Origin: Clostridiaceae bacterium BRH_c20a
GTDB lineage: Bacteria; Bacillota; Peptococcia; Peptococcales; BICA1-8
NCBI GenBank assembly: GCA_000961765.1
Contig: LADT01000047.1
Coordinates: 16,172 to 80,171, forward strand
DNA: 64,000 nucleotides
Direction: 5' to 3'
Shown here in pieces: positions 1-6,976 of this stretch. A program made the position numbers and the translations under genes. Under the pieces are notes generated by a model, which searched no databases, was not told the DNA's origin, and saw only the letters and a program-made list of their open reading frames with translations. The first letter of the stretch is position 1. The number at the start of each line of letters is the position of its first letter.

Positions 1-1
1 G

Positions 2-565
2 TCAAAGGCCTGTCAACAGTATGCACTTCAAGAATTTAAAGAAAACGTTATTCTCTTGGACACAGGTCATGCCAAATTAATGACACCTTATTATCATTTA
101 GATACATTGAGACAAATTCCAGGTTTTGAAAATGCACGTTTTGAAGACCCTTATGCTGGTGGAATCGGCAACTCCATGCGTTATTTAGCTCTTTCACCCA
201 GAGATAATTACTTAAAAACTAAGGGTGTAGATAATCTGTTTTGCGGAGGAGAAAAAGCTGGTTTATTAGTAGGACATACCGAAGCTATTGTTACTGGTAG
301 CCTAGCAGGCAATAATGCCGTTCGCTATGCCGCTAAAAAAGACTTAAAACAAATTCCTGCTAGCCTAGCAATTGGTGATGCTATAGCTTATGTCAATGAA
401 CAAATGGCTACAGAAGAAGGGCTGACTAAAAAATATACCTTCTCCGGTTCTGTATATTTCAAACGGATGGAAGAATTAAAACTTTATACTACTGATCTTA
501 ACGAGATTAAGAAAAAAGTAGAAGAAGCAGGAATGACAAACTTTTATAATCAATCAGTAGTATAA
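2..565 (+). CDS. GidA/MnmG-like FAD-dependent oxidoreductase, C-terminal part (5' end outside window)
   Basis: Frame is open from base 2 (SKACQQYALQEFKENVILLDTGH...). C-terminal FAD-binding-type motif NLFCGGEKAG-x4-HTEAIVTGSLAGNNA resembles the GidA family LFxAGQ..GY.EA...G..AG.NA motif. Confidence 0.7.
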   Translation, partial: SKACQQYALQEFKENVILLDTGHAKLMTPYYHLDTLRQIPGFENARFEDPYAGGIGNSMRYLALSPRDNYLKTKGVDNLFCGGEKAGLLVGHTEAIVTGSLAGNNAVRYAAKKDLKQIPASLAIGDAIAYVNEQMATEEGLTKKYTFSGSVYFKRMEELKLYTTDLNEIKKKVEEAGMTNFYNQSVV

Positions 566-594
566 GGCAAACCTCAATAATAGGGGGAAAAATT

Positions 595-1983
595 GTGGAA
601 GTTCAATTAACCTCATTACACTGGATCTATATCTTAATGGTGCTATTAGTTTTAGTTACAATGATATTACGCAGAGATACAGTATTACCTTGCTTTATCG
701 GTTTATTTGTTATCGGTTTAGCAGCTAAAGGAAGTCTTATTGGTGGATTACAGGTGGTATATAATGCTTTAATTGCTGCGGGCAATGAGTTCTGGGGGAT
801 TATTGCGATCATATCACTAGTTGTTGCAATGTCTAAAGCTCTAGCTGATGTTGGCGCTGATTATATTGTAATGCAGCCTGCTGCCCGGGCAATGGTTAAT
901 CCCAGCATAGCTTTCTGGGTATTAGGTATTGCTATGCTTTTAGTATCCTGGTTTGTGTGGCCTTCACCAGCTGTAGCATTAATTGGTGCCATTGTTCTTC
1001 CGGTAGCTGTTAGAGCAGGTCTGCCAGCCATGGGTGCAGCTATTTCTATGAATATTTTTGGACATGGTATAGGATTATCCTCAGATTACTTTATTCAAGG
1101 GGCTCCGGCTATTACTGCTAAATCAGCAGGTTTTGCCGATGCGTCGGGAGTAATCGGACCAAGTATTCCCCTATGGTTAACCTGTTCCGTAATTGCTAGT
1201 GTGACAGCATTCGTCATGCTCAAAAAAGACATTAGTAAGAATCAAGAATCAATTAAAGCTGAACAAAAACAAATGGCCAAAGAGCAGGAAGCCAAGTCTA
1301 ATCAGAAATTTACTTGGGTATCATATTTTATAGCGATACTTATTCCAGTAGCCTTTGGTCTTGATGTTGTTTTTCTTTATTTGTATGAGATACGGGGTGG
1401 AGATGCTACTGCCTTGATTGGTGGTACTGCAGCTGCCATTATGTGCTTGGCAGCCATTCTCCAATTTGGCTTTGATTCCCTCGAGAAGATTACTGATTAT
1501 ATACGGGATGGCTTTATGTTTGGTATTAAAATATTTGCTCCTGTAATTGTAATCGGAGGTTTCTTCTTCCTAGGTTCAGAGGGAACAGCTAAAGTAATTT
1601 TGGGTGAACAGGCAACTGGTCTATTGACTGACTTAGGGTATGCTTTAGCTAATAATGTACCTTTAAGCAGAATACCAGTAGCCTTTATTCAGCTAATAAT
1701 TGGTGCAATTACCGGTTTGGATGGCTCGGGCTTCTCAGGTCTACCATTGGTAGGCTCATTGGCCCAAACCTTTGGCAGTGCGATAGCAGCTGACAAAGGG
1801 ACCCTGGCTGCTTTAGGCCAAATAGCTTCAGTATGGGTAGGCGGGGGAACAGTAGTGCCTTGGGGATTAATTCCAGTTGCTGCTATATGTGGTGTTGACC
1901 CAATGGAATTGGCACGGAGAAACTTTATCCCCGTGGTATTCGGTTTGCTGGGTGCTACTGTCGTGGCAATATTCCTCATGTAA
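595..1983 (+). CDS. Polytopic membrane transporter (about 12 hydrophobic segments), substrate unknown
   Basis: 462 aa, GTG start after GGGGG RBS; many TM segments in two halves separated by a charged loop; GLDGSGFSGLP motif suggests ion-transporter (IT) superfamily. Confidence 0.7.
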   Translation: MEVQLTSLHWIYILMVLLVLVTMILRRDTVLPCFIGLFVIGLAAKGSLIGGLQVVYNALIAAGNEFWGIIAIISLVVAMSKALADVGADYIVMQPAARAMVNPSIAFWVLGIAMLLVSWFVWPSPAVALIGAIVLPVAVRAGLPAMGAAISMNIFGHGIGLSSDYFIQGAPAITAKSAGFADASGVIGPSIPLWLTCSVIASVTAFVMLKKDISKNQESIKAEQKQMAKEQEAKSNQKFTWVSYFIAILIPVAFGLDVVFLYLYEIRGGDATALIGGTAAAIMCLAAILQFGFDSLEKITDYIRDGFMFGIKIFAPVIVIGGFFFLGSEGTAKVILGEQATGLLTDLGYALANNVPLSRIPVAFIQLIIGAITGLDGSGFSGLPLVGSLAQTFGSAIAADKGTLAALGQIASVWVGGGTVVPWGLIPVAAICGVDPMELARRNFIPVVFGLLGATVVAIFLM

Positions 1984-2009
1984 AAAAAGGGTCTTTGAAC
2001 CCTTTTTTT
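1982..2009 (+). terminator. Intrinsic terminator (bidirectional type) after transporter
   Basis: AAAAAAAGGGT-ctttga-ACCCTTTTTTT hairpin directly after the stop codon. Confidence 0.7.
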
Positions 2010-2054
2010 AGTGGGCGAGTGAGCGAGTCGGTAAGTGGGCGAGAATCTAAACCC

Positions 2055-2123
2055 TGTCATCGCGGGGCGTACGTGGCGATCTCTCCCAAAAGATTGCCAC
2101 AGGCTAACACCTTCGCAAAGACA
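2055..2123. repeat. Degenerate REP-like imperfect palindrome (TGTCATCGCG...GGCGATCT / AGATTGCC...CGCAAAGACA)
   Basis: The two arms are imperfectly complementary; same architecture as the TGTCATCCTGAG hairpin elements elsewhere in the window. Confidence 0.45.
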
Positions 2124-2295
2124 ATCTTTGACAGACGCAAGAGTATGTCTTCAAAGTATATCAAACGCAACAAATTAACCCAGTAGCAGTTGTCAGACGC
2201 AACAATATGCCCCCAAAGCAACTGTCCTTCCGGACACTGAGCACTGGTCCCTGGGCACCGATCCCTAGACACCGACCCCAGATGCCACCCATTAG

Positions 2296-2937
2296 CTAGC
2301 TCGACAGCCACTGGTTATTCACCGTTATAAGATACTTATTAATTTTCTGAGACCACATCAGGGATGTAATTTTCCTCTGCCATAGGGGTGTGTTTAGGCT
2401 GATTAAGGTATCGGCATCGGAGCTTATTATTTCTTTGCCTAAGGAAGTAAATGTATCTATGGGTATTATCTCATCGGCTGGTGTTAAGCTTAGAGTATTC
2501 AGCCATTTCATGGAGAAGGGTCCAGAGATACATACTTCACAACCAGCATCTTTTAAAGTGGAGATTATATATGCTGCTAAATATATCCAAAAACCGTCAA
2601 CTATAATCATAACTTTCTGCATACTTTTCGTTACTAGAGGTGGTAATACTCTACCAAGCTTTTTATACTCAAAAGCTAAATTTATACCTAATAAGGGTGC
2701 TATCATTAAAGGTTCATTCAGGGCGGTATTTTTGAGGACAATTGTAAATAGCCCTTTTTCTTTTTGTGTTTTTACTACTATTCCCCAAAAGTTTGGTAAT
2801 TCTTGAGTAGATTTGGGTTTTAACTGCAAAACACTATATTCAGTAATTTCATCAACTTTTTGAACCATTTGGCAGGTAACTAAGATTATCCCATCTAGGA
2901 AGGTCTTTTCCATAATAGTTAACTCATTTACTTTCAC
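2296..2937 (-). CDS. Hypothetical protein (213 aa)
   Basis: GTG start with GAGGTG RBS 10 nt upstream; no overlap with other long genes; no recognisable motif. Confidence 0.55.
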   Translation of the reverse strand: MKVNELTIMEKTFLDGIILVTCQMVQKVDEITEYSVLQLKPKSTQELPNFWGIVVKTQKEKGLFTIVLKNTALNEPLMIAPLLGINLAFEYKKLGRVLPPLVTKSMQKVMIIVDGFWIYLAAYIISTLKDAGCEVCISGPFSMKWLNTLSLTPADEIIPIDTFTSLGKEIISSDADTLISLNTPLWQRKITSLMWSQKINKYLITVNNQWLSS

Positions 2938-3019
2938 CCCACGTCTTCACCTCATTTTTTCATTACTTTTCACATGTTTATTCCAATTTAGGGGAAAACT
3001 TTACAAAGAAAAATTTTTA

Positions 3020-3111
3020 CTCATGGGCTATACAGAATGTCAGTGCTTAAGCTCATGGGCTATACGGAATGTCAGTGCTAAAGCTCATGGGCTATACAGA
3101 ATGTCAGTGCT
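3020..3111. repeat. Tandem repeat, 32-bp unit, about 2.9 copies
   Basis: CTCATGGGCTATAC(A/G)GAATGTCAGTGCT(T/A)AAG at 3020, 3052 and 3084 (last truncated), followed by CAGTGCTA/CAGTTCTA 8-mers. Confidence 0.9.
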
Positions 3112-3228
3112 ACAGTGCTACAGTTCTACAGGAAAAAGGTTAAGGTTTCGCTTTGCTAGGTTAAGGTTAAGAAATTATCTGATTGGCAGATCTGGATGTC
3201 ATTGCTATAAAAGTGATTGATTATTCTG

Positions 3229-3306
3229 TGTCATCCTGAGGAAGGTACGACCGAAGGATCTGAGATTTTTAAGTACGTAAGATCCTTCGCATCACTCAGG
3301 ATGACA
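3229..3306. repeat. REP/MITE-like hairpin element, TGTCATCCTGAG family (copy 1)
   Basis: TGTCATCCTGAG...GAAGGATCT and AGATCCTTCG...CTCAGGATGACA are inverted arms; near-identical element at 27497-27576. Confidence 0.8.
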
Positions 3307-3435
3307 GGAATGCTTTCCTAAATAGACCATAGTTTAAATTCTTATTCTGGACACAGGTCAATGGTCACAGGTCCCGAAACCAAAAATACTGTCCAATAAT
3401 TTGGCAACGCCATTCAAAAAAAGGGGGATTCAATC

Positions 3436-3678
3436 TTGGCTAAACTTATGGAAAAGGTTATGGATGCGCTGGATGTGGAAACCTTTATAGTTTGTGATAG
3501 TGAAGATGAAGGCAAAGGAATAGCTTTAGAGATGATGAAAAATTTAGGGTTTGACGATGCAGACCTAGTATTTATTGAATTTATCGGACCAGGTGCTAGG
3601 ATTAGGGCCAGAGCATATCTTCATAGGTCGGGGGATAAATACGGTTGGTTATTCAGTAGCAGGGAGGGGGGTAAGTAG
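3436..3678 (+). CDS. Small subunit of putative B12-dependent mutase; resembles the KamE/OraE dimerisation domain
   Basis: 80 aa, TTG start with GGGGG RBS; stop abuts the next ATG. The beta-alpha-beta-beta pattern LDVETFIV / EGKGIALEMMKNLGF / DLVFIEFI / ARIRARAY is collinear with recalled KamE VQLSFTLP / RSAEAAKQIALKMGL / SVVMQQSL / FTFFVVYG. Confidence 0.55.
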   Translation: MAKLMEKVMDALDVETFIVCDSEDEGKGIALEMMKNLGFDDADLVFIEFIGPGARIRARAYLHRSGDKYGWLFSSREGGK

Positions 3679-5496
3679 ATGGAAAGGAAGGTACTTTTAG
3701 CACCTTTAGATCCGGTACATGATATTGGGTTAAAAATGATTAAAAGAGGTTTAGAAGAGTCAGGTTTAGAAACTAGGCTTTTACCACCAGATACTCCGCC
3801 GGAGGAAATTATTCGCATAGCGTTAGACGAAAAATTTAATACTCTATTATTAAGCAGGACCTTAGGATACGGAGTTGCTGAGCTATTAGCCCGCTTTGTA
3901 GATTTAGCAGATGCTGCCGGGTTAAGAGAAAATGTAAAGATCGGTATAGGCGGTATGGCTATCCGCCCGGAATTGGCAGCAGAATTAGGCTTTGATGCCG
4001 GCTTTGGGCCTGGCACTACTGTTGAAGAGGCTGTGGCCTTTGTTGAAGGTAGAGAGTATAATCCAGAGGAAACTATTATAAAAAAAGAAAAAACAGATTT
4101 TACAGCGCCATATAAATATACATATGGAAATCAAACTATGGGTAACCTTTTAGATAAGGTTTCCCAGCAAATTATTTCCTGGGTGGGTAATAAGACATCT
4201 CCGGGAGTGGAAAGGGCTAAGCTCAGAGAAGAATTATGGGATTACCAGTCTTTTCTCAAAATGCAAGAGAACCAAGAGTTCCTAAAAAAATATCCGGAGC
4301 TTTGCGACCAGGTACCTAAGGATTATTATTTACAAGGAAAGATTCATCCTAAAACCAGAGAGTTGACTAAAGAAGAGCTGGAAAACTATCAAAGTTTTAT
4401 TACCGAGATAAAAGAGAGAATGAAGGTTAAAAAGCTACAACATAGAAGAAAAGCACCGGTGATATGGAACCAATATGGAACAGGATGTCCTTTTATGGAT
4501 ATTGGCCATATTAAGGTAAGTGAGTCTTGGGGGGCTGACGGTGTTGTCCACTTTGACCCTTCCTGGGGTGCTAGGACAGAGGGGTTTTTAGGTGGAGACC
4601 TGACACATCAGGAGGATGGTACGGTTATTACACCCAATAATTTAGCTAGAATTTATCAGTCTTTAGAAAAATCAACCCTATGGCAGGTGCGGGCCCATCG
4701 GGGTCTTAATACACCAGAGACAGTAGTTTTGGCAGGGAAGATTGGTGCTGATTTTACGAAAATTAATGTTTGCTATGGTTCGTTAGCTGCAGGCACCGAT
4801 CCCGCACGGCTTACCGTAGATGGGTTTTATGCTATTAAATATGCAGCCCAATATAAGATGCCCTTTGATATCGTTACTAATGAGGAATTAACTGGGGTTC
4901 CTGCTTATAAAGCCTTTGCCGGGATGCTGATTATGGCTGATTTAGCCATAAAGCTAGGGGCGAGACCAATTTTACAGCCATTGTTTGCGTATTCTCCGGA
5001 GATGATGATTGGCGGGCAGATGGAGGACAACTATATCGATTTTAATGCAGCCAAAATCTATGCACTAAGAAGTATCATAGATGCACCAATCTGGCCTGGA
5101 GCACCTATTGGCTTTTTAACCCAGACCGAAGATAGAGTACAGTCGAGCATGTCTACTTCCTTACATGCTTTACTGGCAACAGCCTTAGGTGTTGATGCTA
5201 TTTCTATTGCCTCTGCTGACGAAGCCTACTCCGGTGGTCCTATAAGTGTGCCCTCTAAGATTGATACCCTAAGAGGGGTTGAGGAAAGCTTTAGGTTTTT
5301 AGGAAATGCAGGAATAAAGCCTACTGCCAAAGCAGAACAATGGCAAAAGGAAATAATTGACGGTATTGAGGGAGTCCTAAAACAGGTTGCAGCTAAAGGG
5401 GATTTTGTACAATCCCTTTATGATGGTTTATTGGGAACCAGAGAAGAGGGTGCATATCCCGGAAGGGCGGGCCGTAATACTGTAGAGGAAATTTAA
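3679..5496 (+). CDS. Cobalamin-dependent mutase-like protein: N-terminal B12-binding domain fused to a lysine 5,6-/ornithine 4,5-aminomutase-like TIM barrel
   Basis: N-terminal DPVHDIG (His-on motif variant), LLLSRTLG, GIGGMAI and ELGFDAGFGPG (KamE-like). The C-terminal region has TG..MDI, GAD, WGARTEGFLGG, GLNTPET, CYGSL, FVQSLYDGLLG and GRAGRNTV, collinear with the recalled KamD alpha subunit. Confidence 0.75.
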   Translation: MERKVLLAPLDPVHDIGLKMIKRGLEESGLETRLLPPDTPPEEIIRIALDEKFNTLLLSRTLGYGVAELLARFVDLADAAGLRENVKIGIGGMAIRPELAAELGFDAGFGPGTTVEEAVAFVEGREYNPEETIIKKEKTDFTAPYKYTYGNQTMGNLLDKVSQQIISWVGNKTSPGVERAKLREELWDYQSFLKMQENQEFLKKYPELCDQVPKDYYLQGKIHPKTRELTKEELENYQSFITEIKERMKVKKLQHRRKAPVIWNQYGTGCPFMDIGHIKVSESWGADGVVHFDPSWGARTEGFLGGDLTHQEDGTVITPNNLARIYQSLEKSTLWQVRAHRGLNTPETVVLAGKIGADFTKINVCYGSLAAGTDPARLTVDGFYAIKYAAQYKMPFDIVTNEELTGVPAYKAFAGMLIMADLAIKLGARPILQPLFAYSPEMMIGGQMEDNYIDFNAAKIYALRSIIDAPIWPGAPIGFLTQTEDRVQSSMSTSLHALLATALGVDAISIASADEAYSGGPISVPSKIDTLRGVEESFRFLGNAGIKPTAKAEQWQKEIIDGIEGVLKQVAAKGDFVQSLYDGLLGTREEGAYPGRAGRNTVEEI

Positions 5497-5498
5497 CT

Positions 5499-6524
5499 AT
5501 GCAGACAATTATTATTGGAATAGCTGGGACAGCTAAAAACACAGGAAAAACAACAACAACTTCCTCTATAATGTCAGAGGTTAAAGATAATAAGAAGCTA
5601 AGCTTGGGTTTGACTAGTATCGGTTATGATGGAGAAGACATAGATAATGTAACCGGTCTTCCGAAACCGAGAATCGAAGTTTGGCCCGGGGTTTTGGTGG
5701 CTGTAGCTGAAAAATGTCTGAAGGTTAGCACTGCGGAAGTAGAGGTTTTGGAGGTAACGAAATTTGCTACTCCATTAGGGAAAGTTATCTTGGGCAAGGT
5801 AACTAAGGGAGGTAGATTGGTCGTTGCCGGACCTAATAAAAGCAGTGAACTAAGACAGGTATTAAATAAGCTGCGCCACCATAATCTTAACTTGATTATA
5901 GTTGACGGTGCCTTAAACAGGATTGCACCTATGGTTGAGGTTGATGGATTAATACTGACAACCGGGGCCGCTCGGAAAAGCAAAATAAGTGAACTTGCTT
6001 TTGAAACCCATTGTCTAGTTGAGGTTTTTAATTATCCTGTTTTAAATATTGAACATGATACTTTCAGGTTTAATTCAATTTTAAGCAGTGATGCAGTAGA
6101 TGAATTGCTAAGACAATTAGAGACGGCTGGTACTGTCTATATAAACGGGGTTATAGGTGAGAAGAGCTTAATGTATTTGTTAGAGAAAGCAGAGAAACTA
6201 TCGGGAAAAAAATTAATCTTCCCTGACCCTATAAAACTTATGGTTATTGGTGATATAAATAAAATCCATAATATTTTTGCTCAACTTAAGCACAAGGGAA
6301 TAGAGATAGGAGTAAGAAAGCCTATCAAGATTATAGCTCTAACTATTAATCCCTACTATCCTAAATACCGATTTAATAGTGATGATTATGAAGTATCCTA
6401 TGTTGATAAGGAGAAGCTTTATGAAGCAATTGCCGGTAAGGTTTCTGTTAATGTTTATAATGTGGTAGAAGAAGGGGGAAAAATGTTATTTAATGATATC
6501 TTGAATTATAAAAATAATACTTAA
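5499..6524 (+). CDS. P-loop NTPase, KamB-like (aminomutase accessory/reactivase component)
   Basis: N-terminal GIAGTAKNTGKTT Walker A, IVDGALNR, LILTTGAA and C-terminal LTINPYYP; matches the protein family encoded between kamA and kamDE in lysine fermentation clusters (recalled). Lies 2 nt after the mutase stop. Confidence 0.6.
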   Translation: MQTIIIGIAGTAKNTGKTTTTSSIMSEVKDNKKLSLGLTSIGYDGEDIDNVTGLPKPRIEVWPGVLVAVAEKCLKVSTAEVEVLEVTKFATPLGKVILGKVTKGGRLVVAGPNKSSELRQVLNKLRHHNLNLIIVDGALNRIAPMVEVDGLILTTGAARKSKISELAFETHCLVEVFNYPVLNIEHDTFRFNSILSSDAVDELLRQLETAGTVYINGVIGEKSLMYLLEKAEKLSGKKLIFPDPIKLMVIGDINKIHNIFAQLKHKGIEIGVRKPIKIIALTINPYYPKYRFNSDDYEVSYVDKEKLYEAIAGKVSVNVYNVVEEGGKMLFNDILNYKNNT

Positions 6525-6976
6525 ATTGTAATATAACAATATAGTTTAAAAAAATTTCTTAGTATTATAAAAAAGAAAATTTTTGCGGTGATGGTACTAT
6601 AACCCTTGTTTATAATTACCATAGGGCTTTAATTATGACAAAAACAGATGACGGTAAATGTAGTAATATTCTAATGTGGTCGGAGGTTTAATTAAGAGCA
6701 AAAGGCCCGTTTGTTTGTTTGAGAGAATTATGTTAAAAATGTTATAACCCAACATATTTTCACTAGAGGAGGAAAAAATTATGCTTCGATAGATTTTGCC
6801 GATAAATTAGCAAATTAAAAATCTAAAAATTGAGAAAATTAAAAAGAATTATACTTGTTGCTAATTTTAGTATTTAAGTTCATCTCAGGAGGTTAATTGA
6901 ATAATATAGATATTACCTAAAAAATATTTTGCTTCTTTTGTATTAATTCTGTAAAAAAAAAGGGGGATCTTAAGGG

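Noticed and set aside
2209-2305. Cobalamin-riboswitch-like fragments (GCCCCC..GCAACTGT, GCCACTG) near the B12 operon
   Set aside because: The conserved GGGAA/GGTG-AA-TCC and GGGAAG elements are missing, the spacing is wrong, and it lies over 1 kb from the operon beyond an intervening gene.
1995-2311. Short ORFs 1995-2186 (+) and 2057-2311 (-)
   Set aside because: They run through terminator and REP-like repeat DNA, have no RBS and show no protein-like motifs.
3020-3111. Possible CRISPR array (32-bp repeats)
   Set aside because: Units are directly adjacent with no spacers, and there are no cas genes in the window.
3023-3220. 65-aa ORF with repeated AHGLYRMS/MGYTEC
   Set aside because: It is a translation of the 32-bp tandem repeat and hexamer tract, with no RBS.
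3402-3416. Sigma-54 promoter (TGGCA) upstream of the mutase operon
   Set aside because: No GC at the -12 position (TGGCAACGCCATTCA).
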